Below, in pieces: positions 40,500 to 52,214 of a stretch of 64,000 nucleotides of DNA. Made by a program: the position numbers and the translations under genes. Positions within the stretch are counted from its first letter, which is position 1, and the number at the start of each line of letters is the position of its first letter. Origin of the DNA: Eledone cirrhosa. Taxonomy: Eukaryota. The notes beneath the pieces are model-generated. The model was not told the DNA's origin. It saw nothing but the letters and a program-made list of their open reading frames with translations, and did not search any database. The stretch is taken from the NCBI GenBank assembly GCA_964016885.1, contig OZ024740.1, positions 410,192,001 to 410,256,000 on the forward strand, read 5' to 3'.

Positions 40500-40570
40500 T
40501 ATTTTATTATGCGCATTTCAAAAACAAACATCATCATGCAATAATATTTGTGTTTTCATCAGATAAAACA
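40500..40570 (-). ncRNA. Type I hammerhead ribozyme motif (minus-strand arm)
   Basis: Exact reverse complement of 40647-40717. Confidence 0.85.
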
Positions 40571-40646
40571 GGAGAACATGATATGATATGTTGATTTAAA
40601 ACTGCACTATCCACAAGTGTTTTTTAGCCTTCATATCATGTTCTCC

Positions 40647-40717
40647 TGTTTTATCTGATGAAAACACAAATATTATTGCATGATGATGTTTGTTTTTGAA
40701 ATGCGCATAATAAAATA
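40647..40717 (+). ncRNA. Type I hammerhead ribozyme motif
   Basis: Stem I tgttttat/ataaaata; CTGATGA 40655-40661; long stem II acaaatattat/atgatgtttgt; GAAA-TGCGCA-TA; AUA cleavage after 40709. Confidence 0.87.
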
Positions 40718-40747
40718 CATGGAACTCCTTTAACCATCTTTTGATCT

Positions 40748-40811
<64 letters not shown>

Positions 40812-42379
40812 CTGTGTGTGTGCGTATGTGTGTGTGTGTGTTTGTGTGTTTGTCATTGACTCGACAGAAATACAATTTTCGTATCAAAGAAGTCACATTC
40901 TACACCATTTAATCAACTGGTATTTACTTTATCTCGGATAGATGAACTAAGGTCGACCAGGTCAGAATTTGTATCTTCAAGTAGAAACTTAACTAAATTT
41001 AGATTCTTTTTAAGTTCCGCTGCTTTGCAGCACTTTTTAAGATCACAATAATAAAAATGTCATCTCATTCTTTTTTGTTTGCGTTTTGTTTTCCGCCAGC
41101 CTCAAAAGAAAGGATTATTATGGTTGATTATAGGCATATTATCAGAATCGGTAGAGTTTTGAATAAATACCTGAGTAAAAATGCTGCTCAGATGCACCTG
41201 CCTTTCATCTTCCTGAAGTCGATAAAACTCTCTCTTGTTACCTTCTGGGTTCGAGCTAAACAACGGTTCTAACCCCAAATATATGGTCATGTCCTTAAGC
41301 TAGAAATAATGATTATTAATACTGTTGCATCGGCGAAATCTGCTTCTTTGAATATGCTTGTGTCAAATTCTTGGCAAAGCGCCAGTTTATTCCCCCCAGG
41401 CTTTCCTTTAAATGCATTTAGGTCCCATAAGATAAAAGCGATAGATTTTCTGTCTGAATATGAAGAAAATACTGCTCATGAGATGTGACAACTTAACCAA
41501 TTACCATAATAAAGTGTGTAAATGAGGAATCATTGCAAATAAATTATTCAAATGGTACAAACTCACAAAAGTCCTTTTCAGAAATTTGAATGAAGCTTCT
41601 TGACACCTTCAATTTCTAGCCTAACACCCATATTTAACTATAATGTAGGTAATCAAATATATAAATATTCAAATTCAAAGTTTTAGTAGGCATGTTTCCA
41701 GAGTGTGAACATATTTCTGTCTATGGTGTGGTAATGAAGTTAAGTAGTTAAGCCATTAATTAATTAAATAATTAATTAAATAAGTATATATAATAAATTC
41801 ATAGAAATAACTTCTTCAGTACTTTACTAGTATACTTGCACTGTAGACTAGTTATAAGAGTATAGAAAGCCGTGTTCTCACGACAGTTTCGTTAATGTTC
41901 GAAATATTTTACTGAAATCACACGTACATTGACTTCTTAATGAGATGGCAAGCATTTTGCAATGTCATCTTTGCATTTTTTGAAATGTGGTATAAGTTAA
42001 CCAAATATCCGGATTTCAGAAACGTAACAGAATTTAATATTTTCAAAGATCTACTCAATAGTATTTCGGAATATTCAATTAAACAGATATATATATATAT
42101 AGACATTACAAAACCGTATTCTAACCTACTGAAGCCCTTGGATTAAGTTCAGGACTAACCTCTGTGTAAGGACCATATAAGTATGTTTTATTAAGTCTAG
42201 CTGAATAAAGAGAAACACCAGCTTGAAAATAATTTTAAATCACTCATGGATGTCCGCTAGGTGTATTAAAGGGGCGGGCTACCTTATCCAAGGCACTTAT
42301 AAAGAACTATTGCAATGTTGGAATTGTCATTTATGTTCATATGAGTCTTGACAATTTCGACATTTTCATTTTATATCAC

Positions 42380-43020
42380 TCCTTCTGCGTTTTGTGTTTA
42401 TAAGGCCTTTGTTCTTTCCAGACCATACTTGTCACATAATCACTGATTTATTCTGGCTGCATTATCGTCTCTTCGTTTGTATTCTTTTTGCGCTAGTTTT
42501 GTACATTTGTACACCAAATGCTACAGTTTCATACTTATCTCCACACAAGCGCACTTATCGCTTTTAGTTGAATCTCCAATTCTGCATTTGATATAATTTG
42601 AGCGTAGTGCTTGTACCTGTGCAACACACCAATACTTCAGTTTCAGGTTTGAAACCACTCCTCTTCAGCCATTGCACTCTACCATTAATATCTGTTTTTC
42701 TGTCTATTGCTCTTGCAAACTGGCCATAGATTTTCTATTCTTCCCATTTCATATTAGTCTCTAGGGTCACTCTTTTAACACAACCGTCTGCTATAATAAC
42801 TACACCCAGTTTTCTCACTTGGACCAGTAAAAGTTCGGGGGTATTTTTCATATACCAACCGTGTCTATTATACTCTAAGGAAATGCATCCCTCTCAGCTG
42901 ATGAGTTCTCTTCTACAATTTGTCTGGTTAAATATAACCGATTAGTATCACTTATCGGATGGAATGTTCCATGCATTATGAGAAATTTTCTAGTTTTCCG
43001 ATAGAGTTCCACCAACTTTC
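42380..43020 (-). mobile_element. R4/Dong-clade LINE fragment
   Basis: RKTRKFLIMHGTFHPISDTNRLYLTR, LKPETE and CTKLAQKEYKRRDD on the minus strand; degenerate. Confidence 0.75.
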
Positions 43021-43521
43021 TTCCAATCAGAGAAGAAGAACGGAGCGAACCACATATCTGTTGTTTGCTGAACAGGTGCGTTAGAAATCTTAACAGTTGA
43101 TTGCAAGTGTAAATATGCTGATTATATGAATTATAGCTTTTCGCACCTAAAGCAAATAAATTTCAAATTTTCGAATTGCCCAATTTCTAAGTAAATTTAT
43201 CGGAATTTGATGTTTCAAAGTCAATGTAGAATATGATGGATTTTATGTCCTGGACAGAATTACATATAGTTTCCAAAGAACAGGGCCTTTCACTTCCTTT
43301 TCCTCACAGTCCTTCGGGTGTGTCGGACGACTAGACTTGTTCTTTGAATCTTTCCTATATACCCATCAGGTAAATATGATCTGGCATCATCGAAAACAAC
43401 TTTTACGGAAATTACTGGTTATGCAGATGGAAAAGGGGACAATGTGTCAAAAGATAGAAAAGAAAGTGATGTCTGTTAAATTGAAGAGGCCATATTCGAA
43501 CTGGTTCAGCAGTTGTTTTAG

Positions 43522-43609
<88 letters not shown>

Positions 43610-43611
<2 letters not shown>

Positions 43612-43765
43612 CGAAGGAAGTGTGGTAAGGAACCAGGTGGACCATAACGCAGCAGAGTACTCAATACTTAGGGTAGTAGAGTGGGTAATAGAAAATATTC
43701 AAGACCCCGATGGCAGAGCTCAAGCCGTTTCGACGGCTATTTCTGGAATATTCTTGATTATTTTC
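43610..43765 (-). repeat. (TA)n-embedded dispersed repeat, probable PLE/pLTR tail (related copy at about 54544-54665)
   Basis: ggaagtgtggtaaggaaccaggtggaccataacgc... is shared. The minus strand has GAAACGGC(C), resembling a hammerhead 3' half. Confidence 0.6.
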
Positions 43766-43970
43766 CTATATATATATATATAAATTTCGTATTTCGAAAG
43801 AAATACGATTTTAGGAAGCCGCAGCTATGCGAACACCGGGGGGTGTTCGCATAGCTACGGTGTGCCCGGCCGACTGAACTCACTCGATATGCAAATTAGG
43901 CTGCTCAGCCGTTAATATGCATAAGGAAAGTATATACTTTCAGACGTTCAACCATCTGGCAGGAAGGTAT

Positions 43971-44013
43971 ACGATGCTGACGATAGCTAATAAGCTTGAA
44001 ACTAGTACATTGT
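43971..44013 (+). ncRNA. Minimal type I hammerhead ribozyme motif
   Basis: acgatg-CTGACGA-t-agct aata agct-t-GAAAC-TA-GTA-cattgt; GUA cleavage after 44007. Confidence 0.87.
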
Positions 44014-44413
44014 TCCTGTGTCAGTGTTGAAGAAAAAGGTGACGTCGTTGCTTAAACACTGTACGGCGTAATTCGGGCTGTTTGTTTGTTTACAAACAAA
44101 CAAACCGAGCATTATAATAAATGTTCGGTAAACCGATACGTGCATATATATATGTGTGCATGTATGTATATATATACATACTACTGTACGTCTGTATACA
44201 TATATGTATGTACGTATACATACATACATACTTACATTTAAGTAAGTGCCGTACTAAGAGTGAGAAATGAAATTTCGTTTCATTCTATTCCATTTATCGT
44301 TTTCGGTGTGCCCGGCCGACTGAACTCACTCGATATGCAAATTAGGCTGCCCAGCCGTTAATATGCATAAGGAAAGTATATACTTTCAGACGTTCAACCA
44401 TCTGGCAGGAAGG

Positions 44414-44457
44414 TATACGATGCGGACGATAGTTAATAAGCTTGAAACTAGTACATC

Positions 44458-44462
<5 letters not shown>
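44414..44462 (+). ncRNA. Minimal type I hammerhead motif (core U4G)
   Basis: tatacgatg-CGGACGA-t-agtt aata agct-t-GAAAC-TA-GTA-catcgtata. Confidence 0.75.
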
Positions 44463-44495
<33 letters not shown>

Positions 44496-44497
<2 letters not shown>

Positions 44498-44813
44498 AGG
44501 CACATGGCTTAGTGGTTAGAGCATTGGCCTTGCAATCGAAAGGTTGTGAGTTCAATTCTCAGACCGGGTGATGTGTTGTTTCCTTGAGCAAGACATTTTG
44601 TTTCACATTGCTCCAGTTTACTCAGCTCGGGTCCCTATCATTCCACTGCAAAGTGGTCGTGTATGTGCGACAGCAAAAAAGCACCCAGCACTCACTGTAA
44701 ATGAGGTTGGTGTTAGGAATGGCATCCAGCTGTAGAAATCAAGCCAGAATCAGTTCCCGTCCCAACCTTGCAAGCAGGGAAAAGCGGACGTAAATGATGA
44801 TGATGATGATGAT
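44496..44813 (+). mobile_element. CORE-type SINE with (GAT)n tail
   Basis: tRNA-like head, CORE motif, tail ttaggaatggcatccagctgtagaaa...(GAT)n. Confidence 0.82.
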
Positions 44814-44950
44814 ATATATATATATATAATAGCTTTCACCGTAGTTTTTAGATGAAAAAGATGAGTATCAGACTAAAATTTCTTTAGTAAAAAAATACGG
44901 TGAAAGCTATTCTATTTTCTAATTTCAAACCTTCTCACTGTTTCAAAACA

Positions 44951-45035
<85 letters not shown>

Positions 45036-45469
45036 ATGTGTGTGTATGCGTGTGTGCGTGTGTGCTTATGTACTAGACGGAGCAGTTGTATCACTGGTTT
45101 TAGCTAACAAATCATTCAGTAAATTGACATTGTTGTCATTTGAAAGTTACGTGTCTGCCATGCCGTACATAATGCAATTATTGACAACGACAGTGTACCA
45201 ATGAAATAGTAGTAATAGTAAATTAGGACCTCAACATTACTTTAAATGTCAAACAGATATTTAGGGAAGAGTGATCTGATATATTATGAAAGAAACAACA
45301 ATAACATGAGCTACAGGAAGATAACGACTATAACAACAATAGCAGCAACATCAACTTAATTTAGCGAGCCAACGTGTGAGTTTTTACCGGGTTACTCTAT
45401 CAACTAGAAATAGAATCAACATTTTCCTTCAGACTTCATACCACAGTTTAAAAGCAATACATACATTTA

Positions 45470-45512
45470 ATAATTGTTTCTACTTTTGGCACAAGGCCAG
45501 CAATTACTCAGT
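45470..45512 (-). mobile_element. Meta-like SINE, 3' part (split by the hAT insertion)
   Basis: taattgtttctacttttggcacaaggccagcaattactcagt continues at 46892. Confidence 0.85.
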
Positions 45513-46891
45513 CAGTGGCGTAACTAGGGATTTTGCGCAAGCTCGAACTTTGCCCCCCCCCCAGTAATTTAAATGACACGAAAAAACATGAATATATGAT
45601 CTAAAGTTACTTTTATAAAATTAATATGGAAAAAAGAGTAAAAAAATATTTACAAAGGGATCTTTCTAGCTTTAGCTGATGCAAATTGATCGATTATTTC
45701 ATCAAAATCGGTTGCGTTTGTTTCTTCGCTTTCTATGCTGAGGATGGCAAGATCACGCAGACGGCTTTGGAACATTGATGTCCGCAAATATGATAAGATG
45801 AGGTTGAGTTTGCTGAAGGATCTCTCACAGCTTGCGACGGAAACGGCCATTGTTAGCAGTATCTGTAGACCGATACGTAAATTCGGAAATACATTGTTGT
45901 CTCCGTATTGAACAATAACATTCAGGAATTGTTCTGGTCTTGAGACTGAAACATTAGCGCGAGTTGACAACAACGCAGTCAACGATTTCTTCAAAAAGCT
46001 CCTTGCCGTCAATGTCAGCATTTTAGTGATCAGCTAATGAAGAGCACTTTGATCGAAGCGCGAGGTCGTCTGGAAAAGGTGGAAAGCACAGAGAGCAGAC
46101 ATCGAGGAGGAAGCCAAACCTCGCTCAATATCGTTGAGACGGGCGAATCGTAGCTGCATTTCTGATTGAATTCGAAGGAGAAGAGTTTGCATGACTGTTT
46201 TTACTTCACTGGCTGGTGACAGTAATTCATCTTCAGAATTATCTGAAAGCTGCCGCCTTGGCCTTCCGCGACGTTTGCTGATGTCAATGTCCCAGCGTTG
46301 ACTTAACTCAATGCCTTTATTAAGTGATTGCTGGGCAATAGTACTTCCATTATCCGCGAAATACTGCTGGAGGGCTTTGATGTCATCAGCGGCATCCCGG
46401 AAGTTCACTGTTGGATCTTGAAGGCGTTTCTGAACCTGATCGATTCGAGCCAGAATCCTATTCCAAAATCCAAGCAACACGAAGAAGTGGAAGACAAGCA
46501 TTTGGCTTAAAAGATGTTCTGCATCACTTCGTGTGTCGGATCTCTCCTCATTATCCTCTACCAACCTTTGCAGAAGCTCGAGGATTTTATTCAGAAAGTT
46601 TGCAAGATGCTTTACAGCATCTGCTCTTGCGCTCCACCTGGTGTCCGATGGAGATTTCAGAACGAAAGGGATTGCTTGCTTTAACTTTTCCCAACGCCGT
46701 GTTGATCGCGAAAAGAACGCAAACAACGACTCGATGACGTTGAAAAACGACATAACTTTGAAGCTACTCTTCGCTGCGGACAAACCAACGAGGTTAAGTG
46801 AATGGTTGTCACAGTTAACAAATATCGCCTTTTCGCTCAAAACGCGCCCGGGGGCACGTGCCTCCGTTGTCCCCCACTAGTTACGCTACTG
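45513..46891 (-). mobile_element. hAT DNA transposon, internal-deletion derivative
   Basis: TIRs CAGTGGCGTAACTAG / CTAGTTACGCTACTG; perfect 8-bp TSD TACTCAGT at 45505-45512 and 46892-46899. Confidence 0.93.
45650..46840 (-). pseudogene. hAT transposase C-terminal half (Tip100-like), frameshifted
   Basis: CDNHSLNL (CxxH), SDTRWSAR and SVASCERSFSKL dimerisation motif; N-terminus absent. Confidence 0.9.
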
Positions 46892-47045
46892 TACTCAGTG
46901 CATTACTGGTACTTTATTTTATCGACCCCGTAAGGATGAAAGGCAAAGTTAACCTCGGCGAGATTTGAACTCAGAATGGAAAGGGCCGTAACTCTATTCG
47001 TCAAAGCATGGCGTCCGACGCTCTACCGATACTGCCAATCCTCCA
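46892..47045 (-). mobile_element. Meta-like SINE, 5' part
   Basis: Remainder of the SINE interrupted by the hAT element. Confidence 0.85.
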
Positions 47046-48675
47046 ATGTTGATGTTTTACGACAGGTCATCTCAGACCGAGCTGGCAATTTATCAAATGC
47101 GTTCCAATCGACTCATGCCGAGGCTACACCCTGTCATACTTGACTTTCGTACAGTTTTGCTAGGGAACACCTTATGCATAACATTATCAGCAACAGTTGT
47201 TTTTTGCTATTTTTAGTGGCTTTCCTAAAAAAATATCATAGATTATCAGTCAGGTGGCACGCGTGTTGGCGACGATGAAATCGGTCATTTTTGTAGTTTA
47301 TTTGTTCATTCACTGGAGAAGAGATCCGGTTGCCGTCGAGCAGTTATTCACTGGATAATATAGTTAGCCGAAGTACATTATATCAAAAACGGATGTGTTG
47401 GTCATGACTGGAAAACTTTTGATTATATGCCAGGTTGTTCAGAACCGATAACAAGACAAAGGAACATAATAATCATAGGAAATAACTAAATATGCAAAAG
47501 AATATATATGATTAATTCAATTTATTTGGTATGTTGTTATACTGGCTTATTTTACCAAATCTGGAGTGATAAAAATAGCACCTCTAACACTTTAAAATCT
47601 AGACTCAGCGTTTTCGAATCCGTGTCAAAAATATTTTGTAACACATCAATAGATCATCTGATATCCCATTAAATCGTCTGACTAGTTAACAATAAACATA
47701 TTTCTTTCATTTTCTTATTAAAGTTGTATTAAATTTACGTGCTTATGAAAGACTCAGCAGCCTATTCTTGTTCGCAACAGACTTGTTGAATACCAAACAT
47801 GTAGACGATACATGAAAAATAATGACAATGACACGGCTTCATTGTATTTCTCCGAATATGTTTGTAGTTATACACTAATGAGATGCTGGTTAATATTTTT
47901 TTGTTTAAGCATCAAAGTGTTATTCTTCAGATAAACAAACTAAATTGAACAAAGAAAATAAAATTCAGCAGACATCAGAATAGTTTGTCAAAACTAATTT
48001 AATAAAATATATCAGACACCAACTATTTTACGGTGTTAGAGAGCGCCATAGCTTGGGTAATTAATATATAGCGATCCAAGTTTACGATATTGGTTTCATA
48101 CTTGATTAAAGCATTCCCTTGTCTTAGTCCTAGTAACTGTAATTCCCGGTCAGAGTTCTTATCCCCACAAAGTTTGCAAGCATAGACTACTCTCAACGAT
48201 ATTGCATGGAGATAAAATATTCTGTCATGATGTGACGCTATAAACACCTTACGGGAGGTTTAATAACTTAAGATTTGTGTGCGCTCGTTTTGATATAGAA
48301 CACCTATGTTTTCATATTAAAGAAATATATAGATTTGTACATACGTAAATAGTGCAAAGACACAGACTCGCATATCTGACAAGATGTCGAAAAAGAGTCG
48401 GCCCCGTCATCTAGATTGCACCCTGAGCTGATCGATATCGACACAATTGTAATATGACAATAACATTTGTACATGTGCTACAATACTGACTTCACCTTAA
48501 CTCTGGATTAAAACCCAATCGAGACGGATCTCGTAACATAATTGCGTGTTTCGAATTAACTCTTGTTACACATCTAACACGCACACACATCCCCCCATAT
48601 ATATATATATAAGTTTATCCCGTGTTCAATCGGTATATATTATTATATATATATATATATATAAATACAAATACA

Positions 48676-49385
48676 AATACAAATATAATTTCAGCGAGAT
48701 CGTATTTCGGCGGGGGCCAAAAACAAAACGAAACGCAATCTTCGAGATATACGACAAGCGCTCAATGGACTAAAAGAAGACCAGAGCAATTAACATACGT
48801 TATAAAGGCCAGATAAAATGAAAACAGTGGTCGTGAAGCCATCAGCCACCGGAGCCCCCAAAAATGAAGCATGCTAAACAGGTTAACAAAAGAATTTACC
48901 TGGACCTCCTGGAAAGTGTTGGTAAAATCCAGTGGGAGGTTTCTGTGACTCCTAAATCAATTATACTGCCTGCTTTCGTTGTAAGCTTTTGGTATAACGA
49001 TCGAACAAGGTAGCCATTTCGTCAACAGGTATTTTGTTCTCAGCCGGCTAGATGGTTCCAATGCAGTAGTAGTGAAGTGACTACCACACGTGTTTACACT
49101 GCAAGGGAGGTAACCCCGGTTTTTTGCGGGTGCATTCAAAATGTGTAAAAGTATTGCAAAAATTGCAAAAAACTGCACAAATCGAACTAAGCTCTCGACC
49201 GGGTTGTTTTTAAATAAACTTAAGCAATTAATCAGTCAATAGAATTGTCTAATTGAATTAACTAATTAATTGCTAGGCCTGGGAGATTAATACAAATATA
49301 ATTTCAGCGAGGGCCAAAAACAAAGCGGAACGCAAATTTCGAGATATGCGGCAAGCGCTCAATGGACTAAAAGAAGACCAGAGCA
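48676..49385. repeat. Terminally redundant structured element (about 613-bp period, 97-113-bp direct repeats) in (TA)n
   Basis: 48676-48788 is repeated at 49289-49385 with a small deletion; several hairpins lie between. Confidence 0.75.
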
Positions 49386-49390
49386 CATAC

Positions 49391-49425
<35 letters not shown>

Positions 49426-49470
49426 AAATAACAGGAGGCTGGACTGGTGTAAATCCTTGAAAGGTTTATT

Positions 49471-49528
49471 ATACTATGATCATTTCAGTGACCGGGTTCA
49501 GTATGAATCCGGTGATATCATCAGGTAT
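49471..49528 (-). ncRNA. Type I hammerhead motif (left arm)
   Basis: Minus strand: atac-CTGATGA-t-atc accgg a ttca tac tgaa c ccggt cac-t-GAAA-TGATCA-TA-gtat. Confidence 0.7.
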
Positions 49529-49730
49529 TCAAAATATAACAAAGGAATATAACAGATAAAAATCTATGGGTCTGAAAATCAGAGACAAGAGGGCGACAGA
49601 CTATTTAGCAGCTTCCACCTCAGTCGGCCGCCCTCTAGCAGGTGGAAGCTGCTAAATAGTCGGTCGTCCTCTTGTCTCTGATTTTCAGCCCCATGCATTT
49701 TATCTGTTATACTCCTTTGTTATATTTTGA

Positions 49731-49788
49731 ATACCTGATGATATCACTGGATTCATATTAAACCCGGTCATTGAAATGATCATAGTAT
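49731..49788 (+). ncRNA. Type I hammerhead motif (right arm)
   Basis: atac-CTGATGA...GAAA-TGATCA-TA-gtat followed by AATAAA; the base of stem II is imperfect. Confidence 0.68.
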
Positions 49789-49974
49789 AATAAACCTTTC
49801 AAGGATTTACACCAGTCCAGCCTCCTGTTATTTTATAATAATTAACTCCGTACTCGCACCACCAACTACACAAACGAAGACGGGTGAGTTGCATTACGTC
49901 GAGTGCTCTCCATAATACTACATCGAGGTTGACCATACGGAATGACCAGTTCTATCCAGTGGTGAACCAACAAA

Positions 49975-50011
<37 letters not shown>

Positions 50012-50455
50012 GCATGTATGTATGTATGTATGCAGAATATAATGTAGAATATATGTATGTATGTAGGCAGAGTTCTAGGAGAAGGAAAACTCTGATATAA
50101 CACCTGCAACCCTGATGGTATCCAATGATGTTGACTTGTTCTTCTTTTTGGTAAATATCATCTTGGTTAAGAGAGTGGGACTGGCTTTGTGCAGTGCCTT
50201 TGCTCACTATAAAAGCTTCACGGCACAGGCATTGCTTTATATCTGGATATCTATCTGCAATTGTCGTCACATGGTACCATGGGCCCAGCACTATGTGTCA
50301 ATAATTGTCACAAGTGTAGTGTTTGTACCAGAGTTTTCAAGTCGCTGGCGGGAGTAAAAAGTCACACTCGTTCAGCGCTTCGGTAGGGGTTCTCCTACAT
50401 GGATATAAAGTAGTGGCCGTACTCGAAAACGAGTTGGCAGCCACCATGTATGTAT

Positions 50456-50549
<94 letters not shown>

Positions 50550-50566
50550 ATATATATGTGTGTGTG

Positions 50567-51753
50567 TGTGTAAATATGATAATAATGGAGCTGCGGCGTT
50601 GCAAATGGGTTACATATGAAAAAGTTTGTCCTTCATCAGTGATCTTCCGACCATCATAGGAATTTCATCGCTTTAAAGACCATATACCTCCGGTTGGTGC
50701 GAGCAACGGCTAAAAAAAGTCGTTGGGACGCGTAAATAAAGGGGACGCGAGGGTAAACAAACAAAATGGTTTAAGCAACAGAAAGTGATGAATAAAGAGA
50801 CAAGTCCCAGATTTCTATGAATTTAAATTCGGTGAAATCGTGAACGAGAGAATAAAGACCATCAAACCTGGTTGAAATGTGAGCAAGGAAGGAATTTCGC
50901 ACAGGTCTAACGGGAGGAAGAAGGGGTCTGGTCTGCGAATTCGGTAAACATAAGTTCTGTGAAATCGTAGACGAGAGAGAGAAAAAAATTCATACCAGCT
51001 TGGCCAGCGTGCGAGAGAAAAGAATCACACACAGGTCAAATGGGAAGAAAGAGGAGGAGGAGAAGTAGTGACAGAGAATGAGTGAGTGAAGAGTGAGGAA
51101 GAGGCTAACAGAGAGAGAGACTGCTAGAAAGGGTAAAGATACAAAGAACGAAACAGACGGGTAGCAGCAGAGGAAAAAATATATGTGTAAATATGATAAT
51201 AATGGAGCTGCGGCGTTGCAAATGGGTTACATATGAAAAAGTTTGTCCTTCATCAGTGATCTTCCAACCATCATAGGCATTTCATCGCTTTAAAGACCAT
51301 ATACCTCCGGTTGGTGCGAGCAACGGCTAAAAAAAGTCGTTGAGACACGTAAATAAAGGGGACGCGAGGGTAAACAAACAAAATGGTTTAAGCAACAGAA
51401 AGTCCCAGATTTCTATGAATTTAAATTTGGTGAAATCGTGAACGAGAGAATAAAGACCACCAAGCCTGGTTGAAATGTGAGCAAGGAAGGAATTTCGCAC
51501 AGGTCTAACGGGGGGAAGAAGGGGTCTGGTCTGCGAATTCGGTAAACATAAGTTCTGTGAAATCGTAGACGAGAGAGAGAAAAAAAATTCATACCAGCTT
51601 GGCCAGCGTGTGAGAGAAAAGAATCACACACAGGTCAGACGGGAAGAAAGAGGAGGAGGAGAGGTAGTGACAGAGAATGAGTGAGTGAAAGGGTGAGGAA
51701 GAGGCTAACAGAGAGAGAGACTGCTAGAAAGGGTAAAGATACAAAGAACGAAA
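50567..51753 (-). repeat. Tandem duplication of a unit of about 617 bp (1.9 copies), pLTR-like
   Basis: Units start at 50567 and 51184. The minus strand is pyrimidine-rich, with CTGATGAAGGAC at 50639 and 51256. Confidence 0.8.
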
Positions 51754-52174
51754 TGGTGTTCATAAGGACATTGTCGAACAGAAGTGATTTTGCATGAAAC
51801 GAAAATCAAAACTGAAAGGAATTTTGTTACTTAAAACCATAAATCACTAGTTATAAAAATATACTTGTTTATTCCTGAGATCAAGACGGTGCCTACCAAA
51901 GTCATTCAAGCTGCTAGAAATACCAGGCAAATTCTCCTGAATCTACATCCTGCCATTTTAAAAAAAGAAAACATATTGGATAAGGTAGTCCGGAATATAT
52001 TGGAAATAAGATGGTTATATTTGATAGCATGCATTAATGATACACCTGATTCATCAGAATTGCTTAGGGACAAAACACCAACATCAATAGAAGCAGTAGC
52101 AGCATCTTTTCCATTCATATATATATATATACAAGTGTGTATATATGTATGTGTGAGTGTGTCTGCGTGTGTAT

Positions 52175-52214
<40 letters not shown>

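Larger units (their letters stand above)
40462..40755. repeat. Perfect 125-bp inverted repeat (40462-40586 / 40631-40755, 44-bp spacer) within a (TA)n-embedded element spanning 40373-40755
   Basis: The arms are reverse complements by inspection. Confidence 0.92.
43782..44462 (+). mobile_element. Retrozyme-like element, about 1.35 units of 446 nt, two hammerheads
   Basis: Direct repeats of about 153 bp at 43858-44010 and 44304-44456, each ending in a hammerhead. Structured interior; (TA)n flanks. Confidence 0.82.
49422..49837. repeat. About 200-bp imperfect inverted repeat (49422-49620 / 49640-49837, 19-bp spacer); element extends to about 49977
   Basis: The arms are reverse complements with roughly ten differences. 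Confidence 0.92.

Noticed and set aside
41782-41824. Minus-strand CTGAAGA...GAAT with a 5-bp stem I
   Set aside because: Lacks the A15.1-U16.1 pair and a solid stem II; likely chance.
43861-44455. TG...CA direct repeats as a TRIM or mini LTR element
   Set aside because: No PBS, PPT or TSD; identity extends beyond the TG/CA ends; the hammerheads explain the repeats better.
49627-49642. CTCF-like motif (CTGCTAGAGGGCG on the minus strand) in the hairpin spacer
   Set aside because: A single imperfect match that cannot be supported without binding data.
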